A DNA stretch of 52,815 nt from a virus (IMGVR_UViG_3300016667_000948:1-52815); one strand, 5' to 3'; counted from the stretch's first letter, positions 37,345 to 48,487 are shown. Program-made: numbers and translations. Notes: generated by a model not told the origin, from the sequence alone.

Positions 37345-37827
37345 ATGGCAAAGAAAAAGACCCCAGTATATCAACCCGCCGCTCCTACGTTCGTAGCACA
37401 AACTCCACCAGATGAACCAGATATAACTGGAATGGAAGTTGGTTTTCGCCGTCCAAATATAGATGATTTGGATGAAAAGATTAACAAGCAACTTCATGAC
37501 TTCTCCTCTCTTCTTAATCAGATATCATCTGTAGAAGACAAGCAGAAGGCGCTCTGGAAGCAGATATATGAGAATGCGGTTCAAGACCGTAAGAATGCTT
37601 ATATCATGTGGATAGACCTTTATGGTTATGTCCATGCGAATCCTAATGAGCACGCCATACATGGTCAGAACTTGTCTCGCTACATGGAGCGTATGAGCAA
37701 GGCAAATGATCAAATCCTCAAGCTTACAGAACTAGTTTCGAAAGCTAGCGAAGAGGATTTGGACGAAATGATGAGTGAAGAAGATATTTATGATAAAATC
37801 CAACAAACAACCGGTTTAAAACAATGA
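37345..37827 (+). CDS. Helical hypothetical phage protein
   Basis: 160-aa ORF 7 nt after ATATTTA; function not recognisable. Confidence 0.7.
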   Translation: MAKKKTPVYQPAAPTFVAQTPPDEPDITGMEVGFRRPNIDDLDEKINKQLHDFSSLLNQISSVEDKQKALWKQIYENAVQDRKNAYIMWIDLYGYVHANPNEHAIHGQNLSRYMERMSKANDQILKLTELVSKASEEDLDEMMSEEDIYDKIQQTTGLKQ

Positions 37828-39116
37828 TTTTATCGAAACGTCAACAACTAATAGAAAAAATAAAGAATAAAATTCGCCCCCTTGTCCTCGAACAGATGGA
37901 TGAAGGTGGTCTTGGTGGTCATATGTCTCATTTATATGAAGACCAAGATATGACTTTTGGCGAACTTAAAGCCATTTTTCATCAAGCTAGCAAAGGCAAA
38001 TTAGAAAGTGCTTCAGAAAAGCTTGACGGTCAAAATACTTTCTTTACCTTTGAACCGACACAAGGTTTGAGATTTGCTCGTAACGTTGCTCATATTAAAA
38101 CTGGTGGCATGGGAGCAGACGATATTCAAACAAAATGGGCAGATAAGCCAACGGTAGCTACTGCTTTTGGAAAAGCTTATAAAGTATTGTCGGCGGCAAT
38201 TGCAGCATTATCTACAGCAGATAGACAAGCAATATTTAACAACGGTAACATCTGGTATTCAGCAGAGATTATTGGAACATTAAATCCAAATGTAATCAAC
38301 TATGACCAAGATGCTGTTGTATTTCATGAGAGCGGTAACGTATACGATGAAAATGGTGAACCATTAAACATCGATACTAGTGCAAACTTTGCAAAGCTTG
38401 TAGCTTCTGTTAATCGTATGCAAGCTGCGATAAAAGATAGTGGTTGGAAAGTATTGGGACCGGTTATGGTTCCACTACAAAAGCTTTCTAATAATGAACC
38501 ATTAGAGGTTGCTGTTGCATCCCTTGATCAAATAATGAATCAATATGGAATGTCAAATGACAATACTCTTGGCGAAATGTTTGAGGAATACGTTGTTGCA
38601 GATAAATTGAAAGACATTGTAGCAGATGACGATACAAAGCAATACATAGCAGAACTTGTATCTGATTTTGACAACAACATCACAAGTAAGAAACCAATAT
38701 TGACAGATTTAGTTGATCAAGGATTGGTGCAAAAAGAAGATTTAAAAACTATCATTAACCTTATTAAAGATGGTCCAAAGCTTTATACTGATTTTGTAGA
38801 TCCTGTAAGAGCAATAGTGACACAGTTTGCTATTCAAGTTTTAAGAGCAGTTCAAAGTTATCTTGTCATAAACCCAAACAAAGAAATACAGCGTCTACGT
38901 GACGAAGTTGAAAAAGCTATAGCTAACATTAAGCAAACTGGGACCGAACATTCTAATCAGGTGTTAGAAAGAGAATTGGGTCGTTTGCGTAACCTAGATA
39001 ACGTTACTAGTTCTATGGAAGGCATAGCTTTTAAGTACAATGGGAAGTTATATAAATTAACTGGTGCATTTGCTCCAGTAAATCAAATACTTGGAATTAG
39101 CAAGTACGGACGATAA
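37824..39116 (+). CDS. Ligase/nucleotidyltransferase-fold protein (RNA ligase-like) with N-terminal leader
   Basis: Motif I EKLDGQN, FARN, motif III AEII, IIIa VVFH, IV EGIAF and V YKL. Confidence 0.65.
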   Translation: MILSKRQQLIEKIKNKIRPLVLEQMDEGGLGGHMSHLYEDQDMTFGELKAIFHQASKGKLESASEKLDGQNTFFTFEPTQGLRFARNVAHIKTGGMGADDIQTKWADKPTVATAFGKAYKVLSAAIAALSTADRQAIFNNGNIWYSAEIIGTLNPNVINYDQDAVVFHESGNVYDENGEPLNIDTSANFAKLVASVNRMQAAIKDSGWKVLGPVMVPLQKLSNNEPLEVAVASLDQIMNQYGMSNDNTLGEMFEEYVVADKLKDIVADDDTKQYIAELVSDFDNNITSKKPILTDLVDQGLVQKEDLKTIINLIKDGPKLYTDFVDPVRAIVTQFAIQVLRAVQSYLVINPNKEIQRLRDEVEKAIANIKQTGTEHSNQVLERELGRLRNLDNVTSSMEGIAFKYNGKLYKLTGAFAPVNQILGISKYGR

Positions 39117-39121
39117 ATTAA

Positions 39122-40840
39122 ATGGCATTAAGAACCGGTTTACTCAGAGGTTTCTCTGGAATTGGTGCGGCGGGGTCGGCACTTGGCAGTACTGTCGGCG
39201 CTGCCCAAACTCCAATATTGCAAAGAGCAGTTGTGGTTGATGTTGTCGTTGATCCCTCTGTAATAAGCGACGAATATAAACAGTCAATAATGAATACGGT
39301 CAACAATCCAGACTTGGTTCATTTAATGTCTGTTAATACGATTATTGCTAAAATTGTATCTAATAATGAGGGAAATGGAGTTGGTTCGAACACCATATTG
39401 TTTCCATTCTATTCCTCCAACTTCATGCTTCCTATTGCACCGGGAGAAATGGTGTATGTTATATATGAAGATCCGGTTGGAAATGGTTCTGGAGTTGGTT
39501 ATTGGTTAAGTCGTGTTCCTGGTTATGGAACCATTGAAGATCCAAACTATACTCATAACGATAGAAGATTTGATCCTGTAAACAATATAGGGAACTATAC
39601 CACAAGAGAAGAACTTGAACGTTCTACTTCAACAGGTCCAGAAGACTTTCCAAACGGAGGAAACGTTGTTGATTCTTTGACCTTGCCACCATCTGAACAA
39701 AATCCAACAGAAAGTCCTTATACTTTAATATTCAATCAGGCACCATCTTCAGTATATTTTACTCCGGAGCCGGTACCAAGATGGAAAAAGCGTCCACAAG
39801 AGTTGGTTATACAAGGAAAAAACAATGCCTTGATAATGCTTGGAGAAGACCGAAATGGTGGTCTTGATGGAGCGATTCAAGATAATCCAATTGATATAAC
39901 TAAAACCGGTGGAACTCCAAGACAGGCTGGAGCTATTGATATCGTTGCTGGACGTGGTAGATATGTTATGCCTCCTGGTAGAAATCCAAAGGGAGGCAGC
40001 ATAGAAGAAAATCCGGCAGGAAGTGCTTCTACTGCTCCATTGGTTATAGAAAATACAAGAGGGTTTTTAGAAACCGATAAGAACCCTTTCCGCAATAGAA
40101 AAGAAGATATAGCAAATCCTGACGAGGGCAATCCTAGCCCTATGTATGATGCAGCTCGTGTATATGTGGTACAGCAAAGTAAAGTTGATGAAAACTATCG
40201 TTTAATTCCTGGCACACAAGGTGACGGATTAATATATCCTCCAGAATGTATTGCCAACGAACAACCACCAGCAGTTAATAATACACAAGGTAGAAGCTAT
40301 GTGGTTAATAAGGCAGATCACGTTAGAATAATTGCCAGAAAAGAACTTTTAAGTTCAGATCAACCTAACATTGCTGGTACCGTATTGATAGTACGTGAAG
40401 GAAAACAGAATACAAATGCAATATCTCCAGATCCAAATGCATTACCGACAGCACCAGATGGTGACTTGGCATATGTTCTTTTAAACAAAGAAGGAAAGAT
40501 TCAAGTCGAAGCAAATGAAATATATTTGGGTCGAGCTCTTACATTAGATCAACCTTATATCAGATATACAGTTTATAAGGCAACCATTGAAGAACTTCAA
40601 AACCAAATTAATGCCTTGAGAGATCATATTGGCACATTAGAAGAGACATTAGAAACGGCATTTAAAACCGCAGTTGCAGTACCTTATTCAAACATTCCAT
40701 CACTATTTGCGTTAGGGGATAATGTTCTTAGAACACAAGTTCAATTCCAACAACTTGATCAATCGATAACAACTTCTGATGATGTTATCAAAAATATTTA
40801 TAATTTCAACGCAAAATCAACAAAAATATTTGGAGAATGA
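39122..40840 (+). CDS. Baseplate central spike/hub (gp5-like)
   Basis: OB-fold-like P..GEMVYV....YW, then IQG.NN..I.LG beta region; directly upstream of gp25/gp6-like genes. Confidence 0.6.
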   Translation: MALRTGLLRGFSGIGAAGSALGSTVGAAQTPILQRAVVVDVVVDPSVISDEYKQSIMNTVNNPDLVHLMSVNTIIAKIVSNNEGNGVGSNTILFPFYSSNFMLPIAPGEMVYVIYEDPVGNGSGVGYWLSRVPGYGTIEDPNYTHNDRRFDPVNNIGNYTTREELERSTSTGPEDFPNGGNVVDSLTLPPSEQNPTESPYTLIFNQAPSSVYFTPEPVPRWKKRPQELVIQGKNNALIMLGEDRNGGLDGAIQDNPIDITKTGGTPRQAGAIDIVAGRGRYVMPPGRNPKGGSIEENPAGSASTAPLVIENTRGFLETDKNPFRNRKEDIANPDEGNPSPMYDAARVYVVQQSKVDENYRLIPGTQGDGLIYPPECIANEQPPAVNNTQGRSYVVNKADHVRIIARKELLSSDQPNIAGTVLIVREGKQNTNAISPDPNALPTAPDGDLAYVLLNKEGKIQVEANEIYLGRALTLDQPYIRYTVYKATIEELQNQINALRDHIGTLEETLETAFKTAVAVPYSNIPSLFALGDNVLRTQVQFQQLDQSITTSDDVIKNIYNFNAKSTKIFGE

Positions 40841-40850
40841 GGAGAATACT

Positions 40851-41108
40851 ATGTCAAAATCTGCAATGAAGGGTGCTATAGAAGCAGCATTAAGATCAGA
40901 ATTAGGATCTGGAGATTTAGGTGATGCAAATGGGCAAATATCTAGATTAGCAGATGCAATATCAAATGCTGTATATTCGCACATAACAGAAGAACTTAAT
41001 ACTTTAAGAGTTGTATTATCTACTCCAGGCACATTCGTAGGAGCCGGAACAGGAGTTGTAACAGTTACTGCTCCAGGTATGGCAGCATGGAATCCTGGGA
41101 TTCCGTGA
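40851..41108 (+). CDS. Small baseplate-associated protein
   Basis: GAGGAG SD before ATG 40851; between spike and gp25-like genes. Confidence 0.6.
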   Translation: MSKSAMKGAIEAALRSELGSGDLGDANGQISRLADAISNAVYSHITEELNTLRVVLSTPGTFVGAGTGVVTVTAPGMAAWNPGIP

Positions 41109-41126
41109 TATCATATATTTACTACT

Positions 41127-41597
41127 ATGGCACGCCTATCATTTAAAGATGTTGGTACACAGGGGTTTGGAAATAACAACAATATCCAAACTACCGTTGC
41201 ACCTAAACCAATTGGCATCAAAACTCCAATTGAGTTAGATAAAACGCAATCTATCAACATATTCAAGATGCACTATAACACACTTGATCAGATAAACGAT
41301 AATCTTCGTAATTTAATATTGACAAATCACGGAGAGCGACTGGGCATGTATGATTTGGGCGGAAATCTTCGTCCATTGTTAACAGACTACAGTAACAAAG
41401 ATAATTTCGACAAAGAAGCCATGAAAAGAATAAAGGCAACTGTGGCGAAATATATGCCTTTTGTTAATTTGCTGGGGTATGAATCCAGAGTTGATCGACA
41501 AGATAATACGTATACCGGTGTTATCATAATGTTGATTGCTTATCAAATAGCAAATTATCCAGAACAATTAATTGAAGTTACATTATTTATAACGTGA
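41127..41597 (+). CDS. Baseplate wedge gp25-like protein
   Basis: QINDNLRNLILTNHGERL...LGGNL...KYMPFV. Confidence 0.88.
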   Translation: MARLSFKDVGTQGFGNNNNIQTTVAPKPIGIKTPIELDKTQSINIFKMHYNTLDQINDNLRNLILTNHGERLGMYDLGGNLRPLLTDYSNKDNFDKEAMKRIKATVAKYMPFVNLLGYESRVDRQDNTYTGVIIMLIAYQIANYPEQLIEVTLFIT

Positions 41598-41601
41598 TAA
41601 A

Positions 41602-43443
41602 ATGTCAAACGATTCAAAAAAACAACTCCTTAAACAAGTAAGACAACGCAGATATCTTAACAAAGATTTTGATGCTCTTCGAAATGATTTGCTAGATTAT
41701 GCTCGTTCTTACTTTCCAGATAACATCAGAGACTTCTCCGAAGCTTCTCTTGGTGGTTTGCTCCTAGATATGGCGGCATACGTAGGAGATGTGCAAAGTT
41801 ACTACCTAGACCATCAGTTTCATGAATCGTTTCCAGAAACTTCAGTTGAACCAAACAACATCGAACGCCACTTACGCCGAGCGGGAGTGCCTATAGTTGG
41901 AGCATCGCCAGCAGTTGTTTCTGTTACATTCTACATTAAAGCACCAACAGACGGAACAAATACAGGAAATCCTGATCTCACTTCTTTACCAATCATTAAA
42001 GAAGGAACAATCGTTAAAGCTACAAATGGCGTAGAATACGAATTAACAGAGAATCTAGACTTTGCAGAGACAAAGGTTGATGGCACCTTGAAAGCATCAA
42101 TTATTGTAGGAAACACTAATGCCAACAATATTCCACAAAATTATATCTTAAGCAGAGATGGAATATGCATATCTGGAAAAAGAATCACAGAAACGTTTCC
42201 TATCAGCACATTCATACCTTTTAGATCGATTGTACTTTCAAACCCAAACGTTTCCGAAATAATCAAAGTAGCTGACTCATCTGGGAATGAATATTACGAA
42301 GTTGAGTCTTTGACACAAGATACCGTATATAAGCGTGTTACTAACATAAAATATGATCAGAAGTTGGTACCAGAAAATATCGTACCAGTTCCAGCACCAT
42401 ATAGATTTACTAAAAATACATCATTACAAACCAGAATAACCAGTTTGGTTTTTGGAGGCGGCAGAGCTTCTACAATTAATGATGACATTATTCCAGATCC
42501 TAGCGAGTTCTCTTTGCCTCTATATGGCAAGAAAACATTTTCTAGATTCACTATCAATCCGGGTAACTTACTTCAAACAACTACATTTGGAGTGATAACA
42601 GAAAATACAACATTAAGCATACAATATCGATATGGTGGCGGCTTAAAACACAATGTCGAGGCTGAAACAATTAATAACGTTTCGTCATTGAATATATTCT
42701 TTCCACGTAATCCATTGCCAAGTGTAGCTGCTTTCGTTCGTAACTCTGTGGACGTTATTAATCTTGAAGCTGCTTCTGGTGGAGAAGATCCTCCAACGGT
42801 TGCTGAACTTAAGGCAAAGATACCAGCATTCTTGGGAATGCAAAACCGTATCGTGTCTAAAGAAGATTTGTTGGCTCGGGTATATACACTTCCTTCAAAC
42901 TTTGGACGTGTATTCAGAGCTGCAATAGAACCAAATCCAAATAATCCTTTGGCTTCTCAATTGTTTGTTATTTGTAGAAATGAAAGCAATGAACTAATAA
43001 TTGCCCCAGACACCCTTAAGAAAAATCTATCTAGTTACCTAAACCAATATCGACTTATCTCTGATGCTATCGATATATTGGATGCTCGTGTTATTAATAT
43101 AACGCTTAAGTTTACCGTGGTTATTGACCCAACTCAAAATAAAGAATTAATCTTAAGAAACGTTCTATCAAAAATCAAAGATTATATGAACATTAGAAAT
43201 TTTGAGATTAATCAACCGATAATGTTAAGTGACATACAAAATATCATTTTCAACGTTGAAGGTGTTGCTTCTATTGTTAGTCTAACCATTGGCAACATAT
43301 ATAACATTGTTGAAGATAGAGTATATTCCGAAGAACAATTTAACGTTAACGCAAACACGAACAATAATATTATATTTGGTCCACCTGGATCCATATTTGA
43401 ACTCAAATATCCTGACTACGATATCATCGGAACTGCTGTATAA
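41602..43443 (+). CDS. Baseplate wedge gp6/J-like protein
   Basis: YLNKDF, DFSEASLG.LLLDMAAYVGD..SYYLD.Q, YRYGGG..HNV, ASGGED and QNRIVSKED. Confidence 0.88.
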   Translation: MSNDSKKQLLKQVRQRRYLNKDFDALRNDLLDYARSYFPDNIRDFSEASLGGLLLDMAAYVGDVQSYYLDHQFHESFPETSVEPNNIERHLRRAGVPIVGASPAVVSVTFYIKAPTDGTNTGNPDLTSLPIIKEGTIVKATNGVEYELTENLDFAETKVDGTLKASIIVGNTNANNIPQNYILSRDGICISGKRITETFPISTFIPFRSIVLSNPNVSEIIKVADSSGNEYYEVESLTQDTVYKRVTNIKYDQKLVPENIVPVPAPYRFTKNTSLQTRITSLVFGGGRASTINDDIIPDPSEFSLPLYGKKTFSRFTINPGNLLQTTTFGVITENTTLSIQYRYGGGLKHNVEAETINNVSSLNIFFPRNPLPSVAAFVRNSVDVINLEAASGGEDPPTVAELKAKIPAFLGMQNRIVSKEDLLARVYTLPSNFGRVFRAAIEPNPNNPLASQLFVICRNESNELIIAPDTLKKNLSSYLNQYRLISDAIDILDARVINITLKFTVVIDPTQNKELILRNVLSKIKDYMNIRNFEINQPIMLSDIQNIIFNVEGVASIVSLTIGNIYNIVEDRVYSEEQFNVNANTNNNIIFGPPGSIFELKYPDYDIIGTAV

Positions 43444-43451
43444 GGTGAAAT

Positions 43452-45041
43452 ATGTATAGATTATTATCAGCAAGCAAAGACACCTATATAACCAACAAAT
43501 ATATCGCTGGTCAACGTTGCACTACATCTAATGTAGGACAAGCTGCCACCCTCGACCTATTTAAACTTTATAACGAAACTACCGTATTAAGTGGTACAAC
43601 TCCTATATCTGGCGTACTAGAATTAACAAGACTATTGCTTCAGTTTGATTACGAGCCATTACAACAAATTACAGCTTCATTTCTTAATATTGCCGACCCA
43701 AGTTTTAAAGCATACCTCTCCCTCAAAGACGTATATGGCGGTCAAACTACCCCCTCAAACTTTTCTATAAGGCTTATACCGCTTGCACAAGCTTGGGATG
43801 AAGGCAGGGGTCAGGACGTTGTTGCATTCCGTGATTTAGATACAGCAAATTTCCTTACTGCATCTGTTGTAACAGGCACTCCAAATGTTTGGTATTTGTC
43901 TGGAGCAGCAGAGAGCGGTTCTCTTGGGGATCCAAATATAGACATTATAGTTTCCGGTAATCTTGGTGCTGGATTACAAGATTTAACTGTTGCTCAACAG
44001 TTCGCTCGGGGTGACGAAAACCTTATAATGGACGTTACTACTCTTGTTAGTGCGGCTATAGCTGGGGACATAGCAAACTACGGTTGGAGACTTTCCTTCA
44101 TAGACGAACAAGAACAAGATAGCATAACTCGTTTCGTTAAGAGATTTGGTTCACGTCAAGCTAATAATCCGGATTTACGTCCACAGCTTATAATCAAATA
44201 TAATGATCAATTAACAGATGATATGGGAAATACTTTATTTAACGTATCCCAAAGTTTGTTTACCTTTAATCGTGTTAATGGCGGATATCAAAACTACTTC
44301 TCTGGAAGCACAGAGATTACTGGAGCAGATAGTTTGCTATTAAACCTATATGGAGCCAAGTATTTAACTTATTATACTTCCAGCTTCTCTCTATCTCATA
44401 GCGCCAGCATTAATCATTTAACACGCAGCCTTTATTCTATAACGCAGAGTTTCAATGGTAGTCAGTATCTAATTGGTAGCGTTCCACAAACCGGTATTTA
44501 CTATGCTGATGTTAACTTCAATACGGTCGAGAATACAGCCCTAAAAGACTTCCTTACCGGCTCTACAACACAAGAGTTCACATACGCATGGACCAGTTTG
44601 GACGGCACACTTACTTATGCCTCTGGCAAGACCCTCTACAAGCTCCCACAAGGCTCTATAAGCAACGTTGAGGAGAAGAACTGGGTAGTCAACATCACCA
44701 ACCTCAAACAAGAGTATAAAGCCTCTGAACAGGCAAGATTGCGTATCTTTGCATTGGACTACAATACAGAGCAGAGCGCCAGCAGATTACCTCTACAGCC
44801 AAAGAGCGTTATATTAGAGAATCTTAAGTGGAGATTGATTAACGCTTATTCTCGTAAGGTAGTTGTACCATTTGATGACGTAGCTACGGTTTGTTCATAT
44901 GATGCAGAAGGCATGTATTTTGACATATGGATGGAAGATTTTGCCCAGGGCGAAGTTTATGAAATCGAACTAATGATTACTTATGGTGGCAAGGATTACT
45001 TGATTAGTAATGCCGGTTTCCGATTTAAGGTGATGCCATAA
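43452..45041 (+). CDS. Baseplate-associated structural protein
   Basis: ASKDTYI, TRLLLQFD, WDEG.G, MDVT and RPQLIIKY; in the baseplate operon. Confidence 0.65.
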   Translation: MYRLLSASKDTYITNKYIAGQRCTTSNVGQAATLDLFKLYNETTVLSGTTPISGVLELTRLLLQFDYEPLQQITASFLNIADPSFKAYLSLKDVYGGQTTPSNFSIRLIPLAQAWDEGRGQDVVAFRDLDTANFLTASVVTGTPNVWYLSGAAESGSLGDPNIDIIVSGNLGAGLQDLTVAQQFARGDENLIMDVTTLVSAAIAGDIANYGWRLSFIDEQEQDSITRFVKRFGSRQANNPDLRPQLIIKYNDQLTDDMGNTLFNVSQSLFTFNRVNGGYQNYFSGSTEITGADSLLLNLYGAKYLTYYTSSFSLSHSASINHLTRSLYSITQSFNGSQYLIGSVPQTGIYYADVNFNTVENTALKDFLTGSTTQEFTYAWTSLDGTLTYASGKTLYKLPQGSISNVEEKNWVVNITNLKQEYKASEQARLRIFALDYNTEQSASRLPLQPKSVILENLKWRLINAYSRKVVVPFDDVATVCSYDAEGMYFDIWMEDFAQGEVYEIELMITYGGKDYLISNAGFRFKVMP

Positions 45042-48000
45042 TGCCTATCAATAATACAAGAAACCTACAAAGGAATGCCCCAGCATTATTTAGACCGATT
45101 GTAGTTCGTTCGATGGAGGATGCCAGCGACGAATCCGTTTCTTTTAATTTATATCAAGCAGAAGTAATCCAAGATACCAGCATAGAAAACACTTCTTCAT
45201 TTAAATATAACCCTCCAGGTACTGGATTACGTTCAACACAACAGCTATTAGTTGATTGGTCCGATTTTGCAAATCACACATTTTTCAATTCTGCTCAAGT
45301 AAAAGTAAATGTAGCGTTTGATAAAATTCAAAATCAATTTCCATTTGATGGGGAACAAAAAAACGCAGAGCTTTTCTTGGATCAGTTAACTGGATTTGAA
45401 AAATACGTATACGACAATTATCCAAAATATGCTGGTTATTTATATTTTTCTGGTACTGTAGCTCCATCTGCGCCATCTTATGGAACATATGTAACTGTAA
45501 TAGATCAAGCAGGTGCTGCATATACAGATATGTCTAGAAAAATTGATGGTAAAAATATCATCAATCCAATGCTTAATCCAATGACTATTGAGTATTGGCT
45601 ATATGTCCCAACTATAGCAAACAGTGATCAAGTTATTATTGATAAGCATAGTGGAAGCTTTGGGTTTCTATCTGCATTAAATGCAGATGTTTCGACCTCT
45701 ACTGCTAACAATACTTTTTATATTGCTTCTGGTTCTGCATATGAACAGTTGACAATTCCTGTAACAAAAGGACAATGGACCCATATAGCATGGGTTTGGA
45801 ACAGAACTCCTGGATACTATGGCATCAGTTCTTATATCAATGGCGAATACTATAGTACAACCAGCGGTTCAGTAGAATTTGATACGTTAAACATTACAAA
45901 CAATCTCTATATTGGTTCTGGCAGCGCATTTCCGATTGTTTCATTTACTCCAACAAATACCTTATCTGGCGCATTAGACGAATTAAGAATATGGCACACG
46001 ATTCGTTCGCAGGAAGAAATATATAACAACTATCAAAAGTCAATATTTGCAAATCCATATTTGAAGCTTTACTACAAGTTTAACGAGGCATCAGGTAGCA
46101 ACTCTCCTGTAGTAATCGATGCATCTTCAAATGGATTACATGGAAACTTAAGTGCCCAAGGTCAAATATTTCAAGTTAGAAATGTTGCAACTTCTTCTAT
46201 TGCAGGACCATCTCCTGTTACATACGAAAGAATCGATTTAAGTCCAATACTATTCGGCAATCAAATCGACGTATACAACTACAGAACAAATTTTTATGCA
46301 TCTGCCAGTATATATGACAACGTTAATCCGAACATTATAACCAAACTGGTGCCAAGACATTATTTCCTCGAGGGACAAACAGAGGATGCATTAGAGACAG
46401 AAGAAGGTCAGATAATTGACAACTTGATCTCCGGGGATGATCCACGTTCAACTAAACTCGGTGACACGCAAGTATTGCTACTGTTCCTATATACTTGGGC
46501 TAAATTTTTTGACGAAATTAAACTTTATACCCAGCAGTTCGTAGATAATCAATTTGTAGATTATAACAATATCGATACAGTACCAGATCAATTCTTGCAA
46601 CAACTTGCAAGAAGTCAAGGTATTGAACTTCCTCCACTTTTTACTGGCGCTAGTGTTGCTCAATTTATAAATGCCAATAACATACAAGATAATCCAAGTG
46701 TTAACGAATTATCTTTGCAACAAATCCAAAATCAAATTTGGAGAAGAATATTGGTTAATTTACGTGAAATCGTTACGTCTAAAGGCACAATACACGGAAT
46801 TAAAACGTTCATAAGAGCGACCGGAATTGATCCGGATAACAACTTCCGCATTAGAGAATACGGCGGACCAACAAAGCTAAATCTAGATTTCGTTAGAGAT
46901 ACCAGAAACGAAATCTCCACAATGTTAAACTTCAATATTGGTGGCGGAGGATATGTGAAAAGTCCATTCCTTTCTGCCAGTAGAATAGAACCTGGATATC
47001 CGATCATGGCTGGAAATGCTAATGATGGACTTTTTACTTCTGGTTCTTGGACATATGAAGGATTGTATAAGTTCCCTATAGACAGAATATATCAGCGAAA
47101 TCAAAGTCTTGTTAGAGTGCTAGGAACAGGAAGTAATTTCTCTGGTGAAGGGGCATTGTTTGCAAATCTTGTTGCATTTAGTGGCAGCAGAACATACAAT
47201 TCTGAAACAACCAGCTCCTTAATGCTCTTTATAAGATCAAACGAAAACATGGCAGCTCCTTATGTTAAGTTAACTCTTTCTGGAGTTAATTTGTTTGATG
47301 GAGATAAATGGTATGTTTCTTTTGGAAAAAGAAGAAATGATGACGGATTAGATTCCGTTGTGTCAAGTTCTTATTTCTTAAGAGCGGCAAAAAATGTTTA
47401 TGGCGATATATTCGATGATTATTCCGTTGAGGAATGGTTCAACGATAACCAAGGTTCTGGTCCAGCAGCAAATAGATGGAATGCATTATCTTCTACTGCG
47501 AATGCTAGTGGTTCGTTCTTTACTATTGGTTCAAGTTCTATCGATACTGCGCCAGATTATTTCTTAAACGATGATAAAACCGTGCCAGATCCTGCTCGAG
47601 AAACATGGTACCAAGGCGACGTAGCACAGATGCGCTTCTGGAACAAATACATCACAACAGAAGAATATCCAGAGCATATTAGAAACTTTAAATCGCTTGG
47701 CGTTCAAGACCCAACTACTCACTTCAATTTCGTTTCTTATAAATCTGGTTCCTGGGAACGTTTACGTATTGATGCAAATACAGATCAGATTGTTACTCAA
47801 TCTAATGGCGCTGGAGAAATAGAAATATTTGATTTCTCACAAAACAACTACCATCTTTCTGGTACTGGCTTTGGACAGAACGTTGAAGTTATAAAACCAG
47901 AGAGATATTACTACAGTTTCATATCTCCAAAGTTTGATGAAGCTAGCACCACAAACAAAGTACGTATACGTTCATTTGAACAATATGAAAATGTTCAAGC

Positions 48001-48487
48001 TACGCCATGGGCACAAGTAGCACCTGTATATGAAATAAAACGTAGTGAAGAACCAACTGATAGTACCAAGTTTAGTATTGATTACAGCGTAGTTGAAGCA
48101 CTAAATCAGGACATAATAAATATTTTTGCCACGTTGGATGATTTGGATAATGCTCTCGGAGCTCCGGAGTTGGTGTTCTCTCCAGATTATCCTGGATTAG
48201 ATGCATTGCGTCAGGTTTATTTCAATCGTTTGACAGATAAAATAAATCTTAAACAGTTTTTTGATTTTTATAAGTGGTTTGATACAAACATTGGGACATT
48301 CGTCTCTCAACTTATACCAAAGAAAACCAAATATTTTGGTGCGAACTTTATTATAGAAAGCCATATGCTTGAACGTCCAAAATTCGAATATCTCTTTAGT
48401 GAAATTTATCTTGGGGATAGCAATAGAACTGGACTCAGAGATCGTATTTTACTACAACTATTGGTTGGTACATTTGCAAGATATTGA
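45041..48487 (+). CDS. Large baseplate wedge protein with LamG/concanavalin A-like domains
   Basis: TIEYW...GQWTHIAWV...SGALDELRIW...LKLYYKFNE; tail protein I-like SKGTIHGIK...IREYGG. Confidence 0.78.
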   Translation: MPINNTRNLQRNAPALFRPIVVRSMEDASDESVSFNLYQAEVIQDTSIENTSSFKYNPPGTGLRSTQQLLVDWSDFANHTFFNSAQVKVNVAFDKIQNQFPFDGEQKNAELFLDQLTGFEKYVYDNYPKYAGYLYFSGTVAPSAPSYGTYVTVIDQAGAAYTDMSRKIDGKNIINPMLNPMTIEYWLYVPTIANSDQVIIDKHSGSFGFLSALNADVSTSTANNTFYIASGSAYEQLTIPVTKGQWTHIAWVWNRTPGYYGISSYINGEYYSTTSGSVEFDTLNITNNLYIGSGSAFPIVSFTPTNTLSGALDELRIWHTIRSQEEIYNNYQKSIFANPYLKLYYKFNEASGSNSPVVIDASSNGLHGNLSAQGQIFQVRNVATSSIAGPSPVTYERIDLSPILFGNQIDVYNYRTNFYASASIYDNVNPNIITKLVPRHYFLEGQTEDALETEEGQIIDNLISGDDPRSTKLGDTQVLLLFLYTWAKFFDEIKLYTQQFVDNQFVDYNNIDTVPDQFLQQLARSQGIELPPLFTGASVAQFINANNIQDNPSVNELSLQQIQNQIWRRILVNLREIVTSKGTIHGIKTFIRATGIDPDNNFRIREYGGPTKLNLDFVRDTRNEISTMLNFNIGGGGYVKSPFLSASRIEPGYPIMAGNANDGLFTSGSWTYEGLYKFPIDRIYQRNQSLVRVLGTGSNFSGEGALFANLVAFSGSRTYNSETTSSLMLFIRSNENMAAPYVKLTLSGVNLFDGDKWYVSFGKRRNDDGLDSVVSSSYFLRAAKNVYGDIFDDYSVEEWFNDNQGSGPAANRWNALSSTANASGSFFTIGSSSIDTAPDYFLNDDKTVPDPARETWYQGDVAQMRFWNKYITTEEYPEHIRNFKSLGVQDPTTHFNFVSYKSGSWERLRIDANTDQIVTQSNGAGEIEIFDFSQNNYHLSGTGFGQNVEVIKPERYYYSFISPKFDEASTTNKVRIRSFEQYENVQATPWAQVAPVYEIKRSEEPTDSTKFSIDYSVVEALNQDIINIFATLDDLDNALGAPELVFSPDYPGLDALRQVYFNRLTDKINLKQFFDFYKWFDTNIGTFVSQLIPKKTKYFGANFIIESHMLERPKFEYLFSEIYLGDSNRTGLRDRILLQLLVGTFARY

